Below are positions 14,210-25,657 of a stretch of DNA of 64,000 bases, piece by piece. The notes beneath the pieces were generated by a model that did not search any database, had not been told where the DNA came from, and saw only the letters and a program-made list of their open reading frames with translations. Position numbers and translations under genes: made by a program. Every line of letters starts with the position of its first letter. Position 1 is the stretch's first letter. This DNA is from Raillietiella orientalis (taxonomy: Eukaryota). The stretch is taken from contig JAYWIR010000042.1 of the NCBI GenBank assembly GCA_036172245.1, positions 1,116,001 through 1,180,000 of the forward strand. Direction: 5' to 3'.

Positions 14210-14650
14210 AGGGCTTTCAATGTGAAAGAAACATACATACGGGTGTAGGGCCATCGGCCCTATGTTCGGAACCCGTCGAGTAAGCGGCACGCGGACCGGC
14301 GAGGTTCGCCTCGACCGTGGAATGAGGGGAAGTGTGGGGGGGGGAGGAACAAACAAAAGTAAAAATAAAACACAAAAAATCAGGAGAGTGAGGGAAGGGT
14401 CGCTGTCCGCTGGAGGGCGTCCCCTGCATCCTTTTCAGGATGCCGGCAGGTTCCATCCGAGTGTGCCCCGGCTGGTGTCATCTGGCTGCCGTCTGCAGGA
14501 AACGGCAGGGAGAAGCAGATGGCGCCTCTGTCGTACTCCGTCCTCCTCTCACGTGGATCCAGGTCCCGCCTCCGCAATCTCGCGTAAGCGGCAGCAAAGA
14601 GCTGCTAGGGATGCGGCAAGCGGAAGGGCTTCCATAGAGACACCGTGGCT
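14210..14650 (-). mobile_element. L1/Tx1-like relic, 3' end
   Basis: ctgcatccttttcaggatgccggcaggttccatccgagtgtgcc matches ctgtatcctgtccaggatgctggcaagttccgtccgtgtgcc at 46342; same 3' UTR layout. Confidence 0.72.
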
Positions 14651-16888
14651 CGGCGCGTGTTTTCCATAGGGGCGAGGGCGTGCGCACCACCGCCCTCCCT
14701 CTTTGAGTCTTTACCAGGGGTTCTCCTCCCCTCTCCCGTTCTTCTCCACTTACCTTGGCGAAACTCTCCGAGAAGAGAGTCGGACGATGCTTTTCTGGGA
14801 GTCGTTCCCGGAAAAATGCGTCTGTCCCTTGGTCGCAACGGAAGGACCTATTCCGGGGGCTGAATTTCGAAGGAAGAGAGAAGAATGGCAACGCCCGAGA
14901 GCCTTCTGACCCTAGGGCGATGGTACGATTCCTTGCGGGCAAGTGGAGAGCAGGTCGGCGGCGAGTTCGGTGGCGCTGCTGCCGAAACGTCCGCGCGCTC
15001 CGCCGCGTGGCCGCTCTGCTCACCACGGAGGAAAAGAGGAAGCAACCGAAGGTACTCTTTTAGCGCGACCCCTGCCGCGAGAGTGAGGAGGAAAAGGCTC
15101 GAAAAGGGAGCGTCGGAGGTCTCGACCTCGGCCGGAAGGGAACTCCGCCCCACCAGCGCTGCGTTCCTCGCGAGCTCATCCTCGACGCTGCCGGTTGCCA
15201 GGGATCCGCGTCCGGTGACGACGAGGTCACGCGACCACCGTTGCCGCGAAGCGCAGCTCCAGGGTCGTCCTGCTGCCGCACGCGACCTTGCGGTCCCTCG
15301 CCAACAAACGAGCGTACAGGACCTCGGGGGAAGCAGCGGCGCGGTGGCTACCTCCTGCGCATCCCTCGCCAGCCTCGGCTTCCTGTTCTTCTCCCCTCCC
15401 TCCTTCCCTTCCCCTCGGCCGCCTCTCGTCTCGGTCGGCGAGGACGCGCGAGGGAGTAAAGGAACGACGAACCTCCACTTCGGGACTCCGTGGGCTTGCG
15501 GGGACCCATCGCTGGAAGGAGGACGGAGGGAGAGGGCCTGCGGCATTCTCGACGGGGATTTCCGTGAGCTGCCCCTGGCCCCACCCGGAAGAGGACCCTC
15601 CCCCTCTTTTGCTACAGGAGCGGGACGGTCCCGGCATGCAGTTGCGCGGCTGCTCGAGCGCTCATTCGCGTTTGAGCAGCGGGACAAAAGCTTCCTGGAG
15701 AGACCCCCCGTCCGCGACGGGGGATCACATCGAGCCCGTGGGTGTTCTCTCGTGGTGCTCCAGGGAGCGCGGGACGTCGAGTCCGTCAGGGAGCGTCTCG
15801 GAAGCTCCAGAGAGTGCTGGCCGCTCGCGCTCTTGCGTGGTTCCTCAGTGCCGGGGCATCGCACCGGAGGGCGTGGCTTCCAACTGGAGGAAGGCAACCA
15901 GTTCGTCTGCGCCTACGGGCCGCGGCGCCGTCGAGGAGAGGGCAACGTCCCGGCTACCACCCGCCTACGAGATCGCCAGCTGCAGGGAGCAAGCAGAGCG
16001 AGGCTCGGGAAGCGCACCGGAAGCAGGAAGAACGTCGGGTTGCCGAGGCGATCAGCTGACCAAAAAAGACCTGCCGTCTTTTTTTGCACTGTTTCGGTCC
16101 AACGGAACCCCCCTACGCTTCCCTCTTCCTCGGAAAGCCCGGAAGCGGTCACCGGCGGAGTTCGGCGTGGCTGTCGCTCCCTCTGCGTGACCTCATCGGC
16201 GGAGAAGGAATGAGTCGCCCCTCCGCGGTCGGCGCGCGACCTGCAGCCCGCAGTGGCTTGCTGTGCGGAGGAGGGGTGGAAGCTGGACGCCGGATGCTCC
16301 TCGTTGTCTGACCGGGATGGGAATTTGACCCTCGAGGGTCAGTCCAGGAACCACGGAGCACCAGTTCCCATTGGGATTCTCCCTCCCCCCCCCTCCAATT
16401 GTGCTAATGGAGCCATCACGTACCACAGAGCTGGTTGATGCCTCTTCAGAGTGCAAGAGGCGTGCTGCCTCCTTCCAGGAGCGCCCTCCAGAGACGAAGG
16501 GACGGGCAGAGGGTGTGCTAATTGGACAGATGAGCAAAGCAGGCGGGCGTGGCGATGACCGAGACTTCCGCGTGTCCCAGGATCCGGAGCGGGGGGTGGA
16601 GAGTGTTCCCTTTCTATTATAACTCCCCGCTTTCTATTTGGCGAGCTCCACCAGCCACACTTTTACTGGCCAAGAGGCAAGCGGCGGCTTTGCCTCTCTG
16701 GCCGTCTCCAGTGGCGCTGGCGGAACTGCAGCGAAGAGCCGCCAAAGCCGGGTCCTGTGTCCGCCCTGGCTCGCTCTTGTGGCCTCCGCATCCGGGGAGG
16801 AGGAGCCGGCGCGCTTTTCCCGGCGGGTGGAGTTTCCGCGGCTCGGTCTGCGCTTTCGACGGGACAACCTTCCCCCCGCCTGGCTGCA

Positions 16889-17076
16889 TGAATTAGGAAA
16901 TATTTTGTTGCAGAATGTGCTGAGAATGGAATAGATGGGGTTGAGATGATGGGACATATGGAAATTGTATTGATTTCCAGCCTCAATCATATTATTAGTC
17001 AATTATTGGTTGATAATGTGATTAAAGTTCTAAGAAAGACTAAAGGTAAGAAAATTGAAGATGAAGGAAAGAGAAT
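16889..17076 (-). pseudogene. nad2: NUMT: nuclear copy of the 5' end of mitochondrial nad2
   Basis: Sharp AT-rich island. In the invertebrate mitochondrial code (TGA=W, ATA=M, AGR=S) it reads ILFPSSSIFLPLVFLSTLITLSTNNWLMMWLSLEINTISMCPIISTPSIPFSAHSATKYFLI, matching the ND2 motifs SxNWxxxWxGLEIN and AxKYFLIQ. Confidence 0.9.
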
Positions 17077-17639
17077 AAAGGGATCAAAGAGGGATCGGGG
17101 GGAGCATCCTGTCCTTAGCTCCTCGGCTGCCTTTACGCTTCCCCTGCGGCGCGGACGAGCGGCCTGAGGAAGGTCGCTCTTCCGCGCGCGGGAAGCACAT
17201 GCGTACCTGGCGTCCGGTCACAACAGCCGGCTGCAGTCCAGCCGCTGAGCGGTTGCGACGTTTCCGATTCTTCGAGATGGACCACTCCCTCGCCAGCACC
17301 CAAGCACGGGGTTGCCGTGACGACAGGTACCATGGCTCGGCAGGAGCAGGCGCGGGGGACATTTCGACAGCAGCGAGTCAGGACTGTCCTCCTCCGCAGA
17401 GGCTCCGGGCGCCTCGCGACGTCCACTCTCCCTCCCACGCGGTACCCGTGGTCCGCGCGTGGTGGCGTCACGAGCTCGGGTCACGTCTCGGAGCTGCCCA
17501 CGCGCGCGCACTTCTCGGTGATCCTTTTATGGCTCCGGGAGGAAATCCGAAGGCTGGTGACTCGGTTCCCGGATGGCCTATAGTGCTGCCAGGAAGGGGT
17601 TGCGAGCGCTGGAGCCTGGAACCTTCAGTCCCCTGATGG

Positions 17640-17990
17640 TCATCAGGATTCGAATTCCCTGGCTCAGGGGTGACTTTTGCAAAGGCGATTCCGGGTTCTG
17701 GAACGATCCAAAAAGCAGTCCCCACCTTGAAAAGTCGGTCTGCGGCGAGTGCGACGTGTCGAAAGCAGCAGTCAGCTTCCAGGATCACATCCGTGCCGCT
17801 CTGCTTTCGGACGTTCGTTGTTTTTGTTTTTTTTCCGCTTTTTGGGGGAAGGAATGCGCTGTTCCCAGGCATCCCGCACGTTGGTGTTTCCTTTGGGAGA
17901 CATCTCTCACGCCAGCACCTTCCACTGGATGAGAGACCGCCGATCGTCCTCTCGCAAGTCTGCCAGAATCTGTTCTTGGAAGGGGCGTCT
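17640..17990 (-). mobile_element. Decayed repeat, probably a LINE endonuclease-domain fragment
   Basis: ETPTCGMPGNSAF...SGTDVIL; second copy ETPTCGMSGKRAF at 19855-19895. Repeat status is seen directly; domain identity is inferred. Confidence 0.5.
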
Positions 17991-20900
17991 GGAAAAGAGA
18001 GGCAGACGCCAGACAAACAGGCGCGCCGCCGTTTCGGCGGCGCTGGAACCTCCTCCTCCTCTGTTTGTCCCTCCGAACATCTCCTGCGCCACATGACTCC
18101 GCTGTCCGAGTCGCGACTGTCATCGGCACTTCGCGTCTCGAGAGCGGGTGGCGCCGCGATTCCGTTGCTGCCGCGATGTTCGCCCACCTTCTCGAAGATG
18201 GCGCGCGCGCTCTGCTCCTGAGGGACGGAGTCGCAAGTGCCGAGAGCTTCGTGTCACGAATCAGGAAAACCAAAAGGAAGACAAGAAGAGAGAGAGAAAC
18301 AGAGCTGAACTTGCGATTCAGGGCCTAAGGTGTTTCCAGCAAAAGTCCTTCGGGGCACCCCTAGGACTCCAGTGGGTTCCGATAATATCATATCCTGAGG
18401 CATCCCCGGGGTAAAAAAACAGGAACGCCAGCGATGCTCCGCGCTTCTTCGTCCCGAGCAGGAATTTTTTATTGAAAAATCAAATTGCTGGAAGAACGGT
18501 AGGGGAATTTCCAAGTAGGTGGCTGAGTGCCGTCGTAGGGGTCGATGAAATTTCCGGGACGCCATCAACTCGGACGAGTCTTGCGTACGGCCCTATTTTC
18601 CCTCCTCCCCTTTTTTCTTCTTTTGCTTTTTTCCAAGTGGAAGATCCTCTTCGGGAGGGACCCAGTCTTCAGGAGGTGCGTCGTTCTAGGACCCCGTTCG
18701 CCGTCGGTTCCGTTTCGTCTTTCGCCGGGAAGCGCCTCGGCCGTCCGCCTGCCCCTTCCCTCCCCCACTCACCCCCAGTGGTCTCCCGGCCGAACATGCC
18801 ACTCGGAGGTGAAGTCCCTCTTCTGCGGCGTGCGACTCGTGGCTACGATCCGCGGTCCCTGGGGAGCGAACGTCAAGCAACAAGTGTCCCCCCGCGCGAC
18901 CGGAGAGGCTGCCTCCTCCCACGCGGAACGGGTCCCTCCCTCTGCCCTCCTTCCCGTCCGAGGCTTCCGCTCCGCGCCCGCGGGTGTCCTCTCGGTGTTT
19001 GATTTCGGCTTCCCCGCCGCCGCCTCATCCCCGTCCGTCCGGTGCCCCATTTATTTCCTGGTCTCGGATTTCCGTAATTCCGTTACGGCGCCTCCTCCAC
19101 TTCGCCCGGATGTTTGCTTGAGATGCATCTCTTTCATCCCAAACTTCCAGGATGCTTTTTCGCCTCTGCCCAGCTCCCGCGCTTTCCTCCAGCCCTCCGG
19201 AGAAATGCTCTCATTAATCCTCGCTCTTGCCTCCCCATCTCCGAGGCGGACCTCTTCGGGAAGGCGGATGCGGACGCGGGCGCTCCGTAATGCGATTAAA
19301 AGACCGGAAACCGGACGTAGGTTCCGAGCAGCTACCGACGACGCACACCCGAATTCTCTCCCCTCCCCTCCCCCCCCTTCATCCCCCACTTGATCAGCAT
19401 CAATCTCATCCCACGGCAGCGGAACAAACGCGCGAGCGTGCATTGGCGACCGGGCGATTGTTCCTCAACGTTTCCTGATCCGCAGGCAGGTGCGAGGCAG
19501 GGTGGACCGAGTCCGCTGGCTGGGGTGGGAGGGGCAGCTTCCCGCCGTCTCTAGGGGCCTGAGAGGGGCGCGTGCGCGCAAACCGACCTTTCGACCCCGG
19601 CTCGCGGAGGCAAACATCCGGGTGCGGCGGTGAACTTCCCGCTCTGAGGAACGCGCTCGAAGATGCTGCAGCGCCTGACGATGGGCTGAAGGATCAGATC
19701 GGAGGCGTGATGTCTCCCGGAACGAAAGGATCAACAGGAAGGAATGCGGGAAAGTAAGGGAAGCTCCAAAATCCAGCGAGGGGCGAAGCCAAACTCTACT
19801 TCCGGAATTGCTTCCGGTTCGCCTGGCAATCGCATCGAGCGTTCGTTTTTGGAAGGCGCGCTTCCCCGACATCCCACACGTCGGTGTTTCCTCCCAGAGG
19901 GCTTCCCAGCAGAAAGCGGATTTCTTCGTGGCTGCAAGCGCCTGGGGTGTGCGCGGCTGAAGCTCGACCGAGCTCGCCGCAGCGTGTCGTTCGGGCGCTG
20001 CCAGCCTCCCCGTCTGTTGACCGGACGTGGGGCTCTCCTGGTAGAGGAGCAGTCGCGGATGCGCGCTCCCCGCTCTGGAAAGACCCGCGCCGGGCGCTCC
20101 CTGCGATCGCTTGGCTCCTGTGGTTTCAGCGGGAATACGTGTACACGAGCTCGTACGCACGCATCCGAATTGTTGTTACGTGCATACGTGGCATGGGCTA
20201 TGCGTGTGTGAAAGCACGGAATGAAGCCTGACGTGCGCGTGGGTGGGCGTGTAGTCGCCCTATCTCGTCTGGGCGTTTCTTCCAGGTAGCCTCCCACCGA
20301 GTTCAACAATCCCCTGGGGACCGCTGACCAGGCCCACATCGGGCAAGGAACGGGAGGGAGGAGGGGAGGGAGAGAGAGAGAGAATGGGAATGAAAAAACA
20401 AAAGAATGGAGAGAAAAATAAAAAGGGTTGAAAAGGACGAAGAAGGCAGTAGGGAGGGATCCACGCAGTCCGTGTGGTCGAGTCTTCTGCACGTCCTGTG
20501 CAGGGGTGCTAGCGAGCTCCTTTTCGTGTCTTCCAGGGTAGGTCCGTCTCGACGTGATCCCGCGAAAGAGGGGGGGAGGGGAAGAGGCGAGGTTGCGAAG
20601 AGGACGTTGGACCTCTTGTGCCTGCAGCGACGACAACGACGTGCGAGCAGCCGAACGCTGCGGTTGCACGCAGAGAGGGGAGGCGTTGTGGAGTTGCTCA
20701 CAGGGTGGGTGCGGTCAGCTGCAGGTCAGCTGCAAGGCGCCAGCACTTTGGATTCTCCTGTCCCTGAGGTTGCTTTCGCCGCGTTAGATGTATTCCTCCC
20801 CTCCTCCCTGGTACCCTTGAAAAATGCCGAATAGCCGTCGGCAGCGGGCGCTCCCACGGTGGGGTGTCGTTGGACACACGGAAGGGGTGTGCCGGACGCT

Positions 20901-21385
20901 GGAGCTTCCCTGAGCCTTTTCGTGCCGTGCGAGCACACGCGCGTGGGCGGCTGCGTTCCCTCGCTGCCGTGCAGAGTGGACCTTCCGCGTTGTCGCTCCC
21001 GGAAGCGGCCACTTTGCGGTTCCCGCGAATCGAGCGCCGCGGGAAGGAAGGGGTACGTTTCTCTCCGAACCGTTCTCGTCCCGCGGAGCAAGCGGGTCGG
21101 TTGTCCCGTCCTGGGCAGCGTCAAGCGGGGCTCTGCGGCGAAGATCGCCTGGAAGCAGCGAAAGACTCGTTCCAGTTGCTGCGCTTGCCTTCCCCCTCCC
21201 CCTCCTCCTCTTCCCCTTCCTTCCATCTCGTGGGTGCAGCTCACGCCTCGCCCTGCGCGTTCCCTGACTGGCGACACTTCCGCGCTGCTGCCCGCCTAAC
21301 TCCAGCCGAACGAGAGGGCAACACCTCGCGTCCTGTTTTAGCGCGGACGCTCAGGTTTGGCCCCTGGGTTTTCCACCCGCGTTCT

Positions 21386-21800
21386 CCGGGGCATTTTTTT
21401 CTATAAAAATAAACTTAGAATTCGGTGCGGGGACACGTGGTCCTGCCACGTCGCAAATGTAACCATGGAAACTTGCCGAGAACCGGCACGCAGGCCGGCG
21501 AGGTTCACCTCGGCAGCGGGCGGAGGGTAAAGACAAGCAAAAATAAAAATAAAACCAAAAAAAAATATGCATGAAAAAATTTGGTTGGGTTTGGGAAGGG
21601 ATCACGGCCTGCTGGAGGGTGTCCTCTGCATCCTTTCCATGATGCCGACAGGCAAGCTCCTACTTCATAATTCCCAGATAAGGCCATCTTAACGCGGTCC
21701 TCAAGAAGAGATCGGCGAAATGGGTGGCATCCCTGTCGTCCCCGGCCTCCTCTATCGCTTCTCCAGGCCGCCACGGTCCCTCATGGAGCTTGGCTGTTGG
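21386..21800 (-). mobile_element. L1/Tx1-like relic, 3' end
   Basis: DATHFADLFLRTALRWPYLG aligns with DAIHRAWIFLRIASRWPHLG; shared tgcatcct..gatgccg motif and 3' UTR hairpins. Confidence 0.75.
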
Positions 21801-22899
21801 GTGACGATGCACCTTGGGGCGCTTCGGGAGGAGGGGTCGAGTGACGGGCGCATGGCACCGGCCTGGAGGGTGCATCCGTACTCCGAGAGCTGCTTGTCCG
21901 CAAGAGCAGCGTCGCGTGTCGAAGGTGCCAACGGCGGCGCCCCAACCGCGATGACGGCTGTCGTGGTAAAGCACGGGTAGTCATGGAAACGTCCGTCCTG
22001 ATGGGTGGAGGAAGACGCGGCTGAGACACGGATGGGGGCAGGGTTCGTGGCTGGAGCTGCTTGACGCTTGACGGAAAAGGAAGACGCGCGAAAAAGAGGG
22101 GCAAAGAAAAGGGCAGTCACCGTGCCAGTTCCGTCGCCATTCGAGGACGTCACGTGCTGGTGTTCAGGGAAGGTTTCGCAGCATCTCAGCGCGATGGCAG
22201 GGGGTTCTCGAAGACCGGGCGACTGTGGCGCTGGTGCGCAGCGGCGAGCTGCACGGCTCCGGCCTACGCGTGGGTTCGAACGCGTGGCTCCTTCAGAGAA
22301 GGGGAGGATGGCGATCCGAGGAGAATGCCCCTCTTCTCCCGGATTGCCACCGTGTGAGCGCTTCCCTTGAAGGTTTCGGTGGTCTTGAAGGTCGGGGCGG
22401 AAGGGCGCGCGCAGAAGAAGGTGAAGAAGACCCGTCGCTTTCGCACGAAGCGTTCCGCGTTCCTTCGAGGAACAGGAAAGGGAAGGGGGGGGAGGGGATC
22501 GGCGGCGGACGTGTGTCTTCGCGGGTTCCGTGAAGAGGAACGCGGGATGCGAAATTCCCGTTATTTCCAAGCCAGAGACACCCGGGAATTTCGCAAGCGT
22601 CCCTTTCCCGAAGGTTTCCTCATCCTCCGTGCTTCTTGTGAGCTCACGGATGCGGGGGAATCCGCTGATACGCATTCCTCGGGTAGGAAGCGCCGGCTCT
22701 TCGCGCCTCCCCTCCCCCTCCTCCCTTTTCAAACTGGATGCATGCGCTCGCGGGCGAGGGATCGTTTTCTTCCCATGCTCCGGGAGCGCGGAGCCTTCTG
22801 TCGAAGACATGGAGAGGAAGGGGGGGGGGGGGACTCATCCTCTCGTTGCTGTGACCCCTTGGCGCGATTCCGCGCCCGGCCCCGTGATTCTTTTTTACG

Positions 22900-23235
22900 C
22901 TCCCGACCACGGATATCCCGCCTCCTTTCCGGAAGCAACCCGGAAAGGATCCGCTCCTGGAATTTCCTCTCCAGAGGGAGCCCTCAAGGGAACCGCTCCC
23001 TGTTTGCGCCTCTGAAGGGAGCAGCGCGCTTCTTCACAATCCGGAGAGGCACAGACCCCACTCCTTACCCTCGAGGGAGGTGCCAACCGGTTCCGCGGTG
23101 CGCGATGGACAGCTCTGTCTTCGCGACCGGAGGGTCGACTTCCGGTCCCGGCGTGCATCCGTGGGTTTCCAGCTTCCACCGGTGCCGCACCGGAAGTCAT
23201 CAGGCCAGTCAGCGCCATCTTGCGGGAGGAGGAGG
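22900..23235 (-). mobile_element. L1/Tx1-like relic, post-RT region
   Basis: gagggagccctc...cctctgaagggagc..cgcgcttct and cagcgccatct.gcgggagga shared with 35720-36050; ggtcgactt shared with 49193. Confidence 0.6.
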
Positions 23236-23561
23236 GGAGGGGGATCCGAAACAGCGACGCTTAGAGACCGCGGCCACGCAGCCGCCACGGCTCGTTCTGC
23301 CGCGCGCCTTTCGTGCGAGGTTTTCAAAGATCATCCTGATGGGGAGGAAGACCACGAGCGACCTCTTCTGGCAGCAGCCCTCGAGACATTCAGATGATGC
23401 GGAGCTGCGACTCCGATCGTGGTCGGAGACGCTCACCGCCACCGGGAAGGGAGGAGATTCGCCACGGTCCAGCGAGGGCTTGGGCGCCCTGCGTCAGGGC
23501 AGCGAAGCCTGCAGGGTCGCCTCACTGTGATCACCACGAGGACGTTCTTCACACGGATTTG

Positions 23562-24090
23562 CCGGGGCATTTCTTATTAAAGTTTTTATAAAAATTTTAT
23601 AATATCGTCGGAAGTTTTACAATGTTGTGGTAGAACACTTGGTTCTACCACGCGCGGAGGATTTGCCACAAACCTTCGCCGTTGAGGTCCGCTTCAACGG
23701 CGAAGGGAAAGGGAAAACAAAACAAAAAGAAACAAAAAATGAAAGACATTGGGAAGAGAATGTTTCTTGGGGAGGGGGCGGAGGGGGGGGGAAGAGATCA
23801 CTAATCGCCTGGAGTCGTTTTTTGCATCCTGTTCCGGATGCTGACAAGTGCTGATTTTATAAGTCTTGGTTAGGGCGGTCATCGCGAAGTGGTCTTCAGG
23901 AAGTGGTCTTCCGCCCAGTGGATGGCATCCCTGCTGTTTTGGCCTCTTTGTTTCGCGTTCCACCTTGCCATGATTCCGCGTACTAAGCAGAGATCTGCTA
24001 GAGACGCGGCGGGGGGTAGGGCGTCACGCATGAAGAGGCTCCGCAAAATTTTTTTAGGGTCGCCTCCTGGGATTTTGAGGATCGACGAGG
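23562..24090 (-). mobile_element. L1/Tx1-like relic, 3' end
   Basis: GDPKKILRSLFMRDALPPAASLA...WNAK...DAIHWAEDHFLKT aligns with 46319-46597; same 3' UTR hairpins. Confidence 0.78.
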
Positions 24091-24435
24091 ACACCACGAG
24101 GACGTGCCTCCTCCCCCTTCCTGTTTTCGGTTGTCACCTTCCGGGTAGCTTTCGCTGGCGGGCTGCTCTTTCCTGCCGCCCGGGGCCGGAATTCCGAGCT
24201 GCCGAGGTGGGGGTGGACTTCTTCACCGACTGTCCCGACGGGGTGCGCGGAAGAGGAGACTCGCGCGAGCAAGAGCCCTCCCCCCCTTCTCCCCGGAAGC
24301 ACCTGAACGTACTGCCGCCCGCGTAGCAACGCCCGCTGCCGCTTGAATTTCGTGGGTGGCTGCAGTCGCGGTCTCTTGCGCTTGCATCCTGGAGGAGGAG
24401 GAGGCGGCGACAGCCGCCGAGCGACCAGGGCTGGT

Positions 24436-24462
24436 GTGCGTGCGTGCGTGCGTGCGTGCGTG
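24436..24462. repeat. (GTGC)n microsatellite
   Basis: gtgcgtgcgtgcgtgcgtgcgtgcgtg. Confidence 0.9.
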
Positions 24463-24719
24463 TCGAAGCCCTCGGGCACTGAAGTCGGTCGCGGTTCATG
24501 CGCCAACTTCGCGGGGCAGGGACCCCATCCCGTCCGTCCGCTCCTCCCTTGGGAAGCCGGGTTCGCCTCCCGGTGCCCGGATGCTCTGGAAGATGATGCT
24601 GAGAGGAGGAGAAACCCCTGAATGGCGTCCACCGTCCAGAGTAGAGCAACGACCGACCGACCGACCGGCCGGGTTCCTCGAACGTTCCTGTGGTAGCGGT
24701 GGGGCTCCAGGACCGCGGC

Positions 24720-24900
24720 TCGGTTTCTTCTGCTTCTGGTCTAGCGGTCCGCGCGTGATGCTGCGAGCTGCCGCGCTAATCGAGGGAGGAGCACAAGATC
24801 TTGGATTCCTGCTTCGTGATGGCCTGCCGGGACCGAATTTTCTCGTACGCAGCTGGCGAACTCTCGTGGCGGTCTCCCATTCCCAACCATCCTTTTCCTC
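24720..24900 (-). mobile_element. Decayed L1/Tx1-like RT fragment
   Basis: SVP/GR..IQDLV...LDQK across frameshifts, like VPGRxIxDN..IRD...LDQEKAFD. Confidence 0.45.
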
Positions 24901-25533
24901 CTTGCTCTCCGGAAACGATGCCTGCGGCCTTTCCCAACTGCGTTGCTCATCCTGCTCACGGAAGTGCCCTTCGACATCTCTCGACGACCTCCGAGGGCGC
25001 GCCTTCTTGAGCGTCCTTGGACGTCCGATTCCCTTTCCTTTGGTGAGCAGCCCCGAACAGAGAGCTCTTGAGCGGAAGAGACTGCGAAGGACTTTCCTGC
25101 CTCTCCAGTGCCAGCAGCGAATGATGGCACCGCTAGGCATGCTGGACACATCGGGGAAAAAGCCGGGCGTCCAAAGGGAAAACGTTTCTCTCTCCTTCCC
25201 GCTCAGAATCAAAACGGAGAAGGGGGGAATCACCACTGTCATTCGTCACCTCCAACGCAAGCATTTCGGGGCGGGTCCGTGCGAGCCACCGGGAGGTCTC
25301 CGGACCGGACAATGCGCGTGCGTTTCCAAGCCGTCCTTCCCTCTCTCCCCCTCTTCCCAGCACGTCTGTTTCGACCGAGAACTCCAGTGCGCTATCCATG
25401 GGCAAGGGACTTCGTTCCCAGGAAGCGCGCTGTCCTCTATGGACAAGCTGTTGCCTGCTCGGTGCCGGCGTGGAGGCTCTCTCGCCCTTCCCTCCTTCCT
25501 CCCCTCTCTGTCCCTCTTTTTCATTCCAGGCAG

Positions 25534-25657
25534 ATGGACCGCATGAGTTACAACCTGTCGGAGATCGTCTTCGAGTCAGAAGGGGGACTGGAGAAGGTCA
25601 AAAGGATCCGGGAAGAGTGCGCGCTGCGGAACCAGGCTGACATCGAGGCAGCAGAAG
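25534..25657 (+). CDS. Dh31-R: GPCR coding exon 1 (N-terminus, first ectodomain Cys)
   Basis: Pyrimidine tract + cag precedes ATG; MDRMSYNLSEIVFESEGGLEKVKRIREECALRNQADIEAAE; AG|GTACGG donor in phase 1 matches the next exon (G+AC=Asp). Confidence 0.75.
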
